Assembly: GCA_977862235.1 (NCBI GenBank)
Contig: OZ374564.1
Coordinates: 620,001-684,000 of the forward strand
Length of the DNA: 64,000 bases
Source: Dudresnaya verticillata
Lineage: Eukaryota
Reading direction: 5' to 3'
Shown one piece after another: positions 24,791-38,479 of the stretch. Within the stretch, counting starts at the first letter, position 1. Every line of letters starts with the position of its first letter. A model generated the notes under the pieces. It worked only from the letters and a program-made list of their open reading frames with translations. It ran no database searches and was not told the DNA's origin. The translations under genes and the position numbers were made by a program.

Positions 24791-25070
24791 GGGCGTGGAA
24801 CAGGTAGGGCAACACAATCTATGAAGAACTAGTGCAGAGTACTGAGGATTCGTTGCCGGCGCCCGTATCGCTAGCGTAAATAGCTGTAAGACCAGCTGCG
24901 CCACGTGTACACTGCTGTGCGCACGCTGTCATCCGGTGGCGCCGAAGCCCCACTGAACCGTAAGGAAGTGCGCAGTGGCGCCCGCTCGTGACGTGTACGC
25001 GTGTGATACTGAAACTCCCATGTAATTTCTACGTTTATTGTTGTGTAGTGACAGCACCGTCTAGTGTAAG

Positions 25071-25916
25071 TGTGGTGCAAGGGGAGGGCTGCCCCTTTTT
25101 CGCTCTGAGCGTATTATATGCCAACGTCCACCGAAGGAACGTCCACCGCCGTTGGCGCGCGAACACGTCATCGACGATTGGCCCACGGGCATACGGCCGC
25201 CGTTACCCCGCGCGGCGCGGCGCACGCGCCCACTGTACGGCCAGATCCGGATGCACGATCCCGATCGGCCGGGCGCAAGGCGCCCGCCTGTAAGCTTGGC
25301 CCGCATCCGGATCGGATCCGGATGGGGCATCGAGATCCGGCATCCGGATCCACAGTGATGTAAGGAGCGCGCCTGTAATGGCCGCGCGCCAGCAATGCTG
25401 GCAGGGATCTGGATCCGAATCCGGATCACCCGCAATGCTACGCGCATGCGCCTGTAAGCTACTCCTGAGCTCCCGCGCGCGCGGCTGCATGGCGACGACG
25501 ACGTGTCAGACGCTCGACGACGTGACACGCGTCCTGAGTTCCCGCGCACCGCGCCTACCGCCGTCGCTCACGTAGTATATTAGGTAATCCGTCTGCGACG
25601 CTGAGTAAACCCCGGACAAGCCGGCCTTGGTCCAGACTTCCCCGTTCCGCACGCGCGTACCCTACCGCTGCCTACGGCTAAGCGTCTACCTCCCGTGCTT
25701 CCACGTCTCTACCCTTCCTTGACGTGCTTCCCTTTTGTTTCCTTTCTGCTCTCTTTTCCCTTCCTTTCCGCCTCGGGCGTCTACAGTCCGCCCAAGGCGT
25801 GTTCCTTTGCTCTACCAACAAGTCGCCCACGGCGGGATCACCCAACGCCGAGGGCGCAGCTACCCACCGAACCCCGAACTGCTCGGCGGTCCATCGTCTG
25901 TGACGTTTGCACCACA
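25071..25916 (+). repeat. Gypsy 5' LTR
   Basis: Direct repeat of 37634-38479; 10-bp terminal inverted repeat; followed by PBS-like TCTGGTCTCCCGAC. Confidence 0.96.
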
Positions 25917-26494
25917 TCTGGTCTCCCGACCTAGATTTGTGCTACGTTTCAACGAGTTTCTCCGTCGTGCGACGTCCGACTCTTCGTCTCTAGACGTTTG
26001 TCGCTAATCGTCCACGACGTTCAAACAACTCTACGATTGTATCATGGCCTCACGACCGCCGCCGTCGCGAGGCCCAAGTTCAAGAAGACCGTCTTCGACG
26101 CCTGGGAGTGTGCCCGCGTCAGAACGGTCGCTACAGCGGATGACAACGAGGTCTGGGCGCCTCGTGAGCCCCGAGATCGCGTCGGCGTTCCCGACGCTAC
26201 CCCGGGCCACGGCCACGCACGCTCCCACGCGTCGCTCAACGGAGGAGAGTTACCCCCCCGCCGACGTGCCACAACCCCGTCGTCGTCCGCACCTCAGTCC
26301 CCGAGGGATCGGCCCTCCGCACCTACCGCTCCTATGTTGACTCGGCTGATACAGTACAAGCCGAGCAACACGACGTCGTAGACGGAACACAAGCCGACAT
26401 CGTCGAGGGACAACCAGAACTTCCGGATCAACCAACCAACCACGTCAACGATGATCAAGGGCGCTCCGCGGAGCGCAATGTCGCTGACGAACCA

Positions 26495-28606
26495 TTGACA
26501 CAAGGGGCATGTTGCCCCACTCCCCACGGCAGTGCCGGTTGTTCGCCGGCTAAGCCGAATTCACCAAGTCAAAGGGCGCAAGGGACGCCCGACCGGTCAA
26601 ACCGCGAAAGCCAACCGCCAACGGCGTCACCCTCGGCCGTCCGCGTGAGTAACTTAACTATACCACGCGAACGGATCCGAGAGGTATGCGTCTTAGAGGA
26701 CGATGCGATGCTCGCTCGATTCGCCGGGTTGCTGGACGACAGTGTCGGAGGAATCGCAAGCCGTCTACAGACGTTGGAAGAGGATCGGAACGGCGCCCTA
26801 CAAGGGCTACGCTCCGACCTCGACCGTCTATTGACGAACCAAAACGCCCAAGGCGAGGGTACACAACCACCGCCGGCAGTAACGGTTCATTCGCATTCTG
26901 AGCTTAGCTCACGCGAACGCTTTCAGCGACTTGCGACCCGCTTAGAGCGTCTCCAAACCGCCAAATGGCGCAATGGTCCGCCGTCAGGTGACGAGAGCTC
27001 AGGCGAAGATCGTCACAGACGTAAGGACCGGAAGAAACGCCGTCGGAAGCTGCGTCAGAGACGGAAGAAGAACCGTCATCGACGTGGGGACTCATCCTCG
27101 TCCTCTTCGGACTCGTCAAGTGACGGAGAGTCATCGGAATCTTTGTCTGAAGACGACGACTTCCCAACTCTCGGCAGTGCCGCAAGACCTCGCGGAAAGC
27201 GGTTCAAGGGGTTGAAGGAGCTACGCCCCTCCAACCCCCTTTTCGATCAGCTATTATCGTACCAAACTTACCGTCTCAAAGACGTAGGGCAAAAACGCTC
27301 AGGGCGCGATACGGGCAAGGTCAAGGACCACATTAAGCGACTGGAGCTGACCATGAAGGACGCCGCCTTCAACGGCAGTGACCCCGTCATGGTCCTCGAG
27401 TTCCTGACGCGTTACGCGGATGAAGCCGATACGCTGGAGATGAGCGAAGCCCAAGCGATCGTCGCGCTGCCGTACTTCTTGCGAGGTACGGCAGCCACGC
27501 AATTCCGCTCCGTCAAGTCGACGTCTTCTCGCCACCGCGGCGGGGTGTCCTCGTATCCGGAGGCGGTACAGTACCTCCTCCGTACGTATGCTACACCAGC
27601 GGCGATCAGGGACGCTGTCCTCGCCCTACGGTCGACTGCCCAAAATCAAGGCGAGGACGAGACGACCTATGGGATGCGGCTAGCCGGTGCGTATATTCGT
27701 TGCGGTAACGTATATCCCGATTGGGAAAAGATGACGCTGTACATCGACGGGTTAGACCCGTCGATCAGGTCCCTAGTCGCTCGCTTCCGAGAAGAAACGC
27801 CAAGGGCGGAGTTGTCATTCGAGCGGCTGGTCCACTTCGCACAAGACGAAGGGGATGCCGACCGCGCACGACACGGCAGAGCCGGTTCCGCGTCAGCCCG
27901 ACGTGACCTACTGACACCGGCTCAAGCCGTACGAACACCGCGATCCGCCATCGGCGATACCCGAGGGGTACTGCGTCCACAGACGAAAGGCGCCAAGCCT
28001 GGAGCGCGCGCTATGATAGCGGAGTCCTCCGTCGAGTTCTGGGACGTTAGTCGTCCTGTCGATGACATGGAAACACACGCCGAAAGCGATCTGTATTTGG
28101 CAGATGAGCAAGCGTCGGTGCCAACCTCGGCACTACCGACGGACAGCTACGTCGATGACGAAGACGAAAGGGATATGGACCCCGCTCTCGCCTTTGGACG
28201 CTCAGTCGTACCCGCTCCACGCGTCCCCTATTCCGAGTATGCTCCTCACGTCCACCGAACAAGGCCCGGATGGCAGGACAGAGGCCCGCCCCGTCAAGAC
28301 GCGCGTCGGCAACTGGTATGCCACCAATGCTACGACCGCGGACACATCGCGCCGGACTGCTTCCTCCACATGAGCGACTTCATGAAGGTTATTACCAACT
28401 ATGAAGGACTAACCGAAGCCGAGAAGTCTGGTGTCCCCGCTGATGCGTATGTACGTTGCAAGGAACGCGCGACCCGCGACGCTGCTCGACGTGCTGCACG
28501 ACCACAATCGCCACGAGACGGACCCATGCCGCACGCGGCAGAACGTCATCCGACGATGATCAATCGCTATGTAGCGCCACAACCACCGCCGCAGGCGAAA
28601 AAATAA
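26495..28606 (+). CDS. gag: Gypsy Gag (true start uncertain)
   Basis: 703-aa open frame with FNGSDP capsid-like region and CHQCYDRGHIAPDC knuckle. Confidence 0.88.
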   Translation: MTQGACCPTPHGSAGCSPAKPNSPSQRAQGTPDRSNRESQPPTASPSAVRVSNLTIPRERIREVCVLEDDAMLARFAGLLDDSVGGIASRLQTLEEDRNGALQGLRSDLDRLLTNQNAQGEGTQPPPAVTVHSHSELSSRERFQRLATRLERLQTAKWRNGPPSGDESSGEDRHRRKDRKKRRRKLRQRRKKNRHRRGDSSSSSSDSSSDGESSESLSEDDDFPTLGSAARPRGKRFKGLKELRPSNPLFDQLLSYQTYRLKDVGQKRSGRDTGKVKDHIKRLELTMKDAAFNGSDPVMVLEFLTRYADEADTLEMSEAQAIVALPYFLRGTAATQFRSVKSTSSRHRGGVSSYPEAVQYLLRTYATPAAIRDAVLALRSTAQNQGEDETTYGMRLAGAYIRCGNVYPDWEKMTLYIDGLDPSIRSLVARFREETPRAELSFERLVHFAQDEGDADRARHGRAGSASARRDLLTPAQAVRTPRSAIGDTRGVLRPQTKGAKPGARAMIAESSVEFWDVSRPVDDMETHAESDLYLADEQASVPTSALPTDSYVDDEDERDMDPALAFGRSVVPAPRVPYSEYAPHVHRTRPGWQDRGPPRQDARRQLVCHQCYDRGHIAPDCFLHMSDFMKVITNYEGLTEAEKSGVPADAYVRCKERATRDAARRAARPQSPRDGPMPHAAERHPTMINRYVAPQPPPQAKK

Positions 28607-31600
28607 CTCGGGCACCAAATCCTGACACTGCGGTGTCGCACCACGAAGAGAGGCCTAGGCCTCGGGTGCTGACACGGAAGGAGGGCCCGAAGTTAGTTAC
28701 TGATGACGCCAACGGGCGGATAGAGTCGTCACAGACGTCATTAAAACGCCCATGGCGAAGGTACCAGCCCCCCCAGGCGCGAGGGCAGTTGTTCGTAATG
28801 GCCAAGAGGAACTATAAGGTGTACGCCGATTTGGGCGCAACCGTTAGTACCTTGGCACGTAAACTCACTGTCCTCGACACGGGGGCTGGTCCGAATTTCA
28901 TTCGCATTAACGACATTCCGCTGGAAGCGCGATCGCGCATCGTGGCCAAGAGCCTCCCCGTCATAGCCGACGCCAACAATAAGGCGATGCAGACAAGAGG
29001 CAACATCGACCTGGTCGTTCGTCTGGGACGGAGAGTCGTCAAGTTGGAACTGATCGTTTGCGAACGACTCGCTGCGCCGGTTATACTCGGCTGCGACTTT
29101 TGCGACCGCTTCGTCGAAGCAATATATCCGCGAAGTCGCGAGGTTGAATTGGATGACGGGACTCGTGTCCCTATAACGCGCCGCCCGCTGCGCCGACCCC
29201 CGTCGTACCCTCCCTTACCAACGGAAAAGGAATACGGCAAGGCCGAAGGGAGGACGTCGCCCAAGATCCAAGTCGCCGAACGCGCGATCATCCCGCCTAA
29301 GGCGCAGCAATCGGTATCGGTGACCATCGAGCGCGCCGCATCATCACAATTAAACCGTTCGGAACGCTGTACGACAAACAAGGGTTGGCCGTTACAAACG
29401 GGATTGCTCAAGTGGAGCCGCTAAAAGCGTTTCGTATTCTGGTTGCCAACTTCTCTCCCCGCCCGCAGGCGCTGGACAAGGGTCAAGTCGTCGCGACGGC
29501 GTTACCACATCCGACAGCAGTGTTCCCCAGTCACGTAAGTCTAGCCGATGTTTTGGGCCTCACAGAGGAACAGGCCGAGGAAGAGAAGGCGAACCAAGAT
29601 TTCCGTTTTCAAACGAACGATAACACCGCGGCACAGCCGGATACTTTCACGAAGTCTATCGAGGCAACCACTGCCAAACCTCCGTCAGTAGACGATTTGG
29701 ACTTGGGACATCTCCCCGCCGAGCATCAAGGCCGGCTTAAGGAGATGTTGCGCAAGTATTCGTCTATGTGGGACGGTTCGTTGGGAGAAAGCTCAACCAC
29801 GGAGCACTACATCGACTTGCTTCCCGGCTCTAGACCGATATCGTCCCCGCCCTACCGAGCGGGGCCGAAGCAAAGACAACTCGTTCAAGCGGAAGTGGAC
29901 CGCATGCTGTGTCAAGGGGTTATCGAGACCGCACAATCGCCGTGGGCGTCACCAGTGGTCTTCGCCCCCAAGAAGGACGGCACCCTCCGCTTTTGCGTAG
30001 ACTACCGTCGTTTAAACGCAGTAACCATACGGGACACGTACCCGCTGCCGCGTATCGACGAATGCATTGACAGTCTAGGGGAAGCAAACGTCTTCACCAC
30101 CCTACACTGTAACAGTGGGTACTGGCAGGTGCCAATCAATCCGCGAGACCGCGATAAGACGGCGTTCACGTGCCACGCTGGACTGTTCCGCTATAAGCGT
30201 ATGCCATTCGGTCTCACGAACGCACCCGCTACGTTTCAACGAACGTTGGACATACTGCTCGCTGGTTACAAGTGGCGTTCGTGCCTCGTCTACCTCGATG
30301 ACGTAATAATCTTCTCCAGCGACATCGACAGTCACTTCCGTCATGTTGACGAGATCCTTTCGACATTGCACCGCGCCGGGGTGACTCTGAAGTTGACCAA
30401 GTGTGACTTCTTCACCCCGACCGTCAACTACTTAGGACACGTCATACGTCCAGGACGGTTAGAAGTTGACCGAACTGTCACTGCCGCGCTACGCGAAGCC
30501 AAGCATACACGGGATCAGAAGGAGCTACGGAGTTTCCTAGGTCGTTGTAACGTCTACCGACGGTTCGTCTCGCGATACGCGCATGTCGCTGCCCCCCTCA
30601 ACAAGTTGCTGAGGAAGGAACAGGACTTCCGGTTACCACCGTTGATGAGACACAAGCCAAAGCGTTCAGTACGCTCGTCGAGGCCGTGACTCATCCGCCT
30701 ATACTGGCGCTACCACAACAGGGTCTCCCCTATTCCGTCGACTGTGACGCAAGCGAGTATCAGGTTGGCTGCGCTCTCTTTCAAACGCAGCCAGACGGGG
30801 AACGTAAGCCACTCGGCTTCTGGTCCCGCTCGCTCACCGCTCCAGAGCGTAACTACTCGGTCTCCAAAAAGGAGTGCCTCGCAGTAGTATGGTCCGTCAT
30901 GACGCTGCGACCTTACCTCCAGATGGAGTCGTTCACAGTCCATACGGACCATTCGTCATTGAGGTCGCTGGTGGAAATCAGCGACCCCTCTGGACGGTTA
31001 ATGCGGTGGCGCCTTCGCCTTTCCGAGTTCAACTTTGTCGTGAAGTACAAAAAGGGGTACCTGAATACTCAGACAGATGCCCTTTCGCGTCTACAGACGA
31101 AGGGAGAAACCGTCGAGCCCATTGACGATGATATACCGTGCTATCACGGAAGCTACGTCGAAGACGGCCATCAAACGTCACAAGAAGATCTGCCAGACGC
31201 CGAAGGCGAGGTCGACTTCGCCGAACGAGAGTTCGAGGAGTTCGACCAAGTGTTGATCAACAACACGCCACCGGCGGATGAGGTACTCCTTCGTCAAGTG
31301 ACGCATGAGGAGTTGGTACACGCCCAAGGCGATGACAAATACTGTAACGATGTCAGGAAACGTCTGGATGACGGGATCATCTTACCGTTCGCAACGGATG
31401 AACAGGGCCTGTTTGTCCGAACCGTGGAAGTCCGTCCGCAAGTGGTCGTACCCTCCGCGTTACGCGCTCGCTTACTCCACCTCCGGCACCACGCCAAGTT
31501 GGCAGGGCACCCAGGGGGCGTAAGTTGTATCATACGCTTCGACGCGAATACTATTGGCCATCGATGCCAGTGGCCTGCTATGCGACCGTCCGCAACTGCG

Positions 31601-33321
31601 TAACCTGCGCTAAGAATCGCGTATTGCTGCGAAAGAACACCAAGCAATTGAAGTTGTTCCCGGCAACCGAGCCTCTCGAATTCGTATCGATCGACATCCT
31701 GGGCGAACTCATACGCACGAAGCGAGGAAACAAGTTCCTACTCGTCATTGTGGACCGCTTCTCGAAGCTGGTCCGGACGGTCCCACTGCGTAGTATTACG
31801 GCATTGTAAATCGCTAAGGCGTTTGTACGACATTGCGTCTTCGTGTACGGTCCTCCCAAGAAACTGTTGTCCGACAACGGACCACAGTTTGTGGCTAAGC
31901 TGTTTCAGGATATCTGTCGTCTTTTGGGAGTGGAGAATCTCTTCACCACGACGTACCATCCGCAATGAAATGGCCAGGTAGAACGATTCAATTGAACTAT
32001 CCTGGCCTCGCTGCGTCACTACGTTGCGGATCATCCGAGAGACTGGGACCTGTTCACGGGTGCCTTGACGTTTGCATACAACACACAGTTGCATTCGTCT
32101 ACGCATCTCGCTCCGTTTGAATTGGTGCTGTCTAAGCCACCACGGCCACTGTCGCTCGAAGCGGAACCGTCGCTCGAAAGCGTACCCACCGCGGGGCAAT
32201 ACTACACCAAGTGGCGAACCTGGTTGGCCGCACTGATGGGAACCGCTAAAGCGTCGTTAGAGAAAACTCAAGCACGTTACAAACGAAACTTCAATACCCG
32301 ATTAAGGAAATCGAAGGAAACAATCGCCGTAGGAGACTTCGTATTCGTACGTAAGGAATACTTCGACCGAGGCGGGAGCACGGATCGCGCAGAGCGTAAG
32401 CATAAGCTGGCGCCAGTGGCGGACGGACCATACCGGGTAACTCACGTTGATAACGAGACAGTAACCGTCGACAAGGGACGTGATGAGCGGGAACGTTTGT
32501 CCCGAGACCATGTGGTCTGGGCGCCGACCCTACCGAGTCAGGTGGCCCCTCCAATCGTCGTACCACCAGGCCCGCCTGAGGAGCAGGACGCAGTCGCCCC
32601 CACGTCACAAGACGAAGGGACGACTACCCCAAGCACGCCACCAGCGGACCCGGAGGGGGACGCAGAGACTTCGCAAACTGCGAGAGATCCGCAAGAGCGT
32701 ACGATCACAGCGTCACGCAGTCGTGGGTTGGCAGAGCTTTCGCCCTTCGCCGCCGATCCCGACGACCGCGCTTCGCAATCCGTCTCCAACGACGACAATA
32801 CCCCAGGGGCTCGCACCCGTTTGGAACACGTCGCTACGGCACTGCCGAATGAGAACAATGAATCCGCTGAAAGCGCGTCCGATAACGACGAAGTTAACCG
32901 TGCAAGCACGAAGCAAGGCGCTGCAAGCGATGGACTCGTCTCAAGACGCAACAACCCACTTACCGCTGATCGAGCGTCCGAGGCCCAAGGCCAACGCCTT
33001 CGGCGATCAACTCATCTAGTGCGCTTCGCCGAACCGGAACAGACGCCCATAACGCAACGAGACGAACCGCCAAAGGCGCTGGAAGGACACCGGTCCAAGC
33101 CGAACGCTGTGAGCGGGAAAGAATACGTTATCGAACGCATCGAGTCGCACGCCTACGCGGATGATGGCGAGATCCTTTACCGCGTCAAGTGGTTTGGATA
33201 CCCCGCTTCAGCGAACACCTGGGAGCCCGTGTCCAGTTTGCCGCGATCACACGCCGTGCGGTACCACCGTCGGAAGCACACGCGCCTGCCTCCAAATATT
33301 GACGACGCCCAGCGCGGATAA
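28456..33321 (+). pseudogene. pol: Gypsy Pol (protease, RT, RNase H, integrase, chromodomain) with several frameshifts and stops
   Basis: VLDTGAG; RFCVDYRRLN, MPFGLTNAPATFQ, YLDD; DCDAS, VHTDH; HH..AGHPG/CVTC, SIDILG, GPY; EYVIERI...YRVKWFGY...NTWEP. Confidence 0.95.
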
Positions 33322-34803
33322 CCCTAATCGGGAAAACAACGCTAATAGCAAATACGCTGACGTTCAGAGACTGCACGGGCACGCAAACGTCGCCAACGGC
33401 GTGGAAGCCCCCTCTCACGTACGTGGACGCGGACACACCCGCCGCGGCGACCATCAAGCACACACGTCACAGACGGAGCCGGACGCAAATCTGGCGTCAA
33501 AGACAACCACACCAAAAGGCCCTCATACAACGCCCCGGATGCGAGGGTGGCTGACAGTGGCTCCCGCTCACTCGCCGAGGTACGCGCCTCACCGATCCCA
33601 TGGCAGACGCAGACGCGAGCTGGAAATTTTAATGCACAAACAAAGGGGAGGCGCACTACCCGACAATCAACCATTACGCCAAACACGGTATGCCAAGTGG
33701 CAGCACTGGTGCTACCAGCACGCACGACGCCAGACGCACTTCGTAACGCGCAAAGACCGTCCCCGACGTTGCCGCACGCTTGCGCACCACGGCCAAGTCG
33801 CTGCAGCCTTCAGTTACCCAGCCAGCGAACGGCTCGGCCGGGCACGAACACACGCACCACGCCGCCGACGCACCTCCCGAAGAAGGGGCACGCCGCCGAA
33901 CCCGCCGACAAAGGGGGGGTGTGAGTCGTCGAGGACGCGTTTATCACGGTTCCGTGCACGACGCACAACCGAATCGCTAACCAAATCGCGCAATGGCTCC
34001 GCCGCTGGGAATGGCCGCCACAGTCGCGCGACGACCATTCCCCAACCTCGAAGGAGAACGTCAGAGACGAGGAACAAGGCGACTCGCCCACCACCAGAAG
34101 CCACCTCACCCCCCACACGTCGACCTCCGTCAACGACGATGCGCACAACTAAGCTACAGAAGCTAAGCTACACACCAAGCGAGAAAAGAATACGCCCCTG
34201 GCGTGCAAACGGCCCACGCTCATGCGCAAGCCGCGGACCGAACGTGACGACACCCAACAACGCTCTGAGCGAGTCACCCATGACGACTCTGTCGAGCGTG
34301 GCAGGATGAAATGCAACGCAAAGAAACGCTTTGCTAAGCGAAATAATCAAGAGGCTCGGCCCCGACAATGTCGACAATATTTGTCGTCAACGAAACGCAG
34401 TTCCGAAAACAACGCCCCAGGCGCGCTACACAACGCTAATGCAGCGAACAAAGAAGGGAGGTACAACGCCCAAGTAACGTCTCTCGACGATTAATACAAT
34501 AACGTCGTCACGACGAGAAAATAAGTAGGTGAACACTCGCAGAAGTGACACCACTTCTCACTATACGTGTAGCACGAATTCGCTAACACACCCGCAAGAC
34601 GCGATGGCAACACACTACAACGCAACGGCTGCAACACGACGATTGCAGCGGGACGAACCAACCTACGTTACCAACGATACAATTTATTCGGGCTAAGCAA
34701 CGGGGAAGCCCCGCGCCCAAGCTACAAGCCACGGCGGCTAAACGCCGCAAAACACGATACGCACCCCCGCGAAGGCCTTCCGCCCTAAACGACGCTAACT
34801 ATA

Positions 34804-37214
34804 TCACGTCGCAGACGGTTTGGCCGAGTCAGCCGCATCATCGCCCTCGGCGGACGCCCTCAACGCCTCTTCATAGAGGTCGTCTTCCGTCACTGACGGC
34901 ACACCCACAGCGGCAACAGGGACGGACCGCAAAGGCACCGCCACCGCCACAGCTGAAGGAGTAATATGCGCCACTGGCGAAGAGTTCGACTCACCACCCG
35001 CCTTAGGTGGCGAAGCCTCTTTGGCTTTACCAACCGCCGACGGCGCAGAACCAAGTGGTCAATTCGCCTCCAGCGCTGCCCCGATAACATCCGCCTTCGG
35101 CGTAGTTGCAGGGACTGTCCCCTTGGACGGCGAAGCAACCGCAACCGCCTTTGGCGTAGATTTCGACTCATCGCTCGCCTTCGGCGCCGCAGAACCTACC
35201 GCCTTCGGCGCAACGGTCGCAACCGTCTGAACCGACGAAGACCCCTCACCCGCCTTTGGCGTCATCGATTCTATATCCGTCATCAACGCAGGAGCCACTG
35301 GGCCCTCCTCAACCGTCGAAGACGTTGTAGCGACATCTGCCTCGCTCGCCGCTGGTGGTACAGTAGCAATTACGTCTTTGGACGCTGAACCAGTCGCTTT
35401 AGGCGATGACGACTTTCCGTCTGCACCGTCTTTCGACGCAGAACCTACGCCAACCATCGGCACCGACACCGACGCACTCTGGGGACGCGATGCAGCGGCC
35501 AGAGACTGGCTCACCCACTCAGTGGGCGAGCCACTCAAACCGCTAGTAGCGACTCCAGCTGCACGCAATAAGGCGAGCACGGTGCGGCGCTGTTCCTCGG
35601 TCCAGACTGGCACCGAGAGCGCCTTCACAGACCCGTCTATGACGTTCGACACTACGCCTTGAGGCGTTACGGTCGGTGGAGCCGACTCGACTATTGGCGT
35701 CGCCATAACGGCATCGCCATCAACGTCCGAGACGGGAGCCGGTGTCCAAGGGTGCCACAGCTGGCAAGCCAGCTGACACCCCAACACCACCGGCAGACCC
35801 TTGTGGTAAAGCTGATGGTGGAGCCGCAGCATCGGCAGATGACTCAACCGCCATAGGCGTAGCAACAGCCGTCCCAGACGGGTTACCCGGTTCGCCATCG
35901 GCGTTAAAAGCATCTTCCTCGGCCATCAAGGCACTCAAGTGCGGAGGAAAATCACCGACAAAGTCGCAGCTCTTACGCAAACCACGCGGGTGATTACCCG
36001 GGGTGAAGCGATCCGTTTTGCGATGGCGCTCCGCAACGTTCTTCGTCGTACGACGCTTTGTCCATGGGTTATACTGGATCCAATCGCCACAGGCGGAGTG
36101 AGTACGACTCATCGCGAATCGCGGGCGGTTCGTCTTACGACGGTTGTTCCCTAACGGCACCATCGCCGGGTCGTTCCAGTTAATTTCATCCGCTACTGAG
36201 CGCAAATCCCAGAACTCCTGGCTATTCCTCGACCCGCCGAGTATCTCAGCTAGGTCCAGGCCACCAAGAGACGCGACTATGCGAGGTGGCAGATAATACA
36301 TGCGGAAGGTGTCATACACCTCCCACATCCATGCGTACGCTACGTTTGCCACCCATTCGGTGTAGAACATGACCTACCATTTGGAGTACGGGTCCGTCAT
36401 TAACTCCGACCCGATATACGTGAGACACGGAGGAAGGAGGAAGTTCGGCAGCGAAACCTTCGCAAATTTCGAACTCTCGCCAAACGGGCGGTACCTTCAC
36501 GAAGCAGTGAGGCAACTTACTGCGTTCGATATGATCGACCTGCATATCCTGGTAGGCCACAAAAACGCCCTTGCGGCGAAGCGTTTCACATTCCCAACGT
36601 ATGCACCGTTCCCAAAAGAACGTCCCCGTTCGGTGTTGGTAACGGAAATCCGCTTTCAAGCGTACTTCAAGGAGGTATGCCTCCGGTCTGATACGCGGCT
36701 CTGCCGAAACGCTCAGATGTTTGAGCGATAACGTCCCTAGACGATTCCCATATTCGATCTCGCCCTTGGTCCGGTATTGACCGGCATCAAACTCGAAAAT
36801 AGCCGGCGTTAACGCCGAGCACGGATAACGCGTCGGACGACGATACACGTCTGCGACGAACATGGCATGAACGCCCGCACGAGATTGCCCTGCGTGAACC
36901 CACAGCCACTCGGGCGGCACCGCGCAGCGCAACTTCCAATCCATCGTCCAAACGACGGCAAGGGGGAGTCCCCCCGGCAAAAATCCGCTAGTAGCGTAAT
37001 GAGCAATGAGCTCCTCATTGCGAAATGCCTCCTGGTCAAACCAGGGGGCCTGTGCGAAGATGTCCCCGTGATCCTGCGGGTTCTTCACGACGAAGTCGTA
37101 TGGAGATAAGTATACCGGCGCGGCCGAGGGCGCCGCGACCTGCACACCATTGAACGTCGGCATATCGTCGACGACGCAACTTCGTTTACGCCACTGGCGC
37201 TTAAGGTCAAACAA
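34804..37214 (-). pseudogene. Antisense extra ORF inside the Gypsy element, unknown function, frameshifted
   Basis: Overlapping minus-strand ORFs 36312-37214, 35720-36370 and 35059-35913, plus a tail ending DDLYEEALRAS...SAT* at 34804. Confidence 0.7.
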
Positions 37215-37633
37215 ACGTCAACGACGACTCTTGCCCCACGCCACAGGCGGTTATACCTTTTTGCTTACGTCAAAGACGCCTTTTGTTCTGCGCCACGGGC
37301 GACTACGATGCAGCTGCGTCACAGACGGGAAACACCTGCGTCTTGGGCGATGAGCTTCACACAAACTCACAACAACTCGTCGACGACGATGCAACTGAAA
37401 CGCCCTAGGCGACGAATTGGATGTGGCGTCGTTGACGGGACTCGCAAGGCGCCAACGGCGATGGTGTACGGCAAAGAAAGCACGCACGAGAGCGAGAGGT
37501 CGCCGGACGCAACGCGCAGGACGCGAAGTTAGCACGGCACAGCCGGAACGCAGGAACGCACGCACAACGATGTGGGACCCGCAGAAGAGACGCAAGCTTG
37601 CGGCGGACGTGTTCGCGATTTGCGAGGGGTTCG

Positions 37634-38479
37634 TGTGGTGCAAGGGGAGGGCTGCCCCTTTTTCGCTCTGAGCGTATTATATGCCAACGTCCACCGAAGG
37701 AACGTCCACCGCCGTTGGCGCGCGAACACGTCATCGACGATTGGCCCACGGGCATACGGCCGCCGTTACCCCGCGCGGCGCGGCGCACGCGCCCACTGTA
37801 CGGCCAGATCCGGATGCACGATCCCGATCGGCCGGGCGCAAGGCGCCCGCCTGTAAGCTTGGCCCGCATCCGGATCGGATCCGGATGGGGCATCGAGATC
37901 CGGCATCCGGATCCACAGTGATGTAAGGAGCGCGCCTGTAATGGCCGCGCGCCAGCAATGCTGGCAGGGATCTGGATCCGAATCCGGATCACCCGCAATG
38001 CTACGCGCATGCGCCTGTAAGCTACTCCTGAGCTCCCGCGCGCGCGGCTGCATGGCGACGACGACGTGTCAGACGCTCGACGACGTGACACGCGTCCTGA
38101 GTTCCCGCGCACCGCGCCTACCGCCGTCGCTCACGTAGTATATTAGGTAATCCGTCTGCGACGCTGAGTAAACCCCGGACAAGCCGGCCTTGGTCCAGAC
38201 TTCCCCGTTCCGCACGCGTGTACCCTACTGATGCCTACGGCTAAGCGTCTACCTCCCGTGCTTCCACGTCTCTACCCGTCCTTGACGTGCTTCCCTTTTG
38301 TTTCCTTTCTGATCTCTTTTCCCTTCCTTTCCGCATCGGGCGTCTACAGTCCGCCCAAGGCGTGTTCCTTTGCTCTACCAACAAGTCGCCCACGGCGGGA
38401 TCATCCAACGCCGAGGGCGCAGCTACCCACCGAGCCCCGAACTGCTCGGCGGTCCATCGTCTGTGACGTTTGCACCACA
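37634..38479 (+). repeat. Gypsy 3' LTR
   Basis: Direct repeat of 25071-25916 with few substitutions. Confidence 0.96.

Larger units (their letters stand above)
25071..38479 (+). mobile_element. Ty3/Gypsy chromovirus-type LTR retrotransposon, full-length, degenerate
   Basis: 846-bp LTRs TGTGGTGCAA...TTGCACCACA; order gag-PR-RT-RH-IN-chromodomain; flanks GTAAG/GCAAG (5-bp TSD with one mismatch). Confidence 0.97.

Noticed and set aside
25061..25575. Many short ORFs repeated in LTR copies (also at 37405-38740 and 62094-62608)
   Set aside because: They recur only because the LTR DNA is repeated, and they show no protein motifs
33161..34309. 382-aa plus-strand ORF after pol as env
   Set aside because: It is Arg/Thr/Pro-rich with no hydrophobic segment and is consistent with a chance ORF in GC-rich DNA
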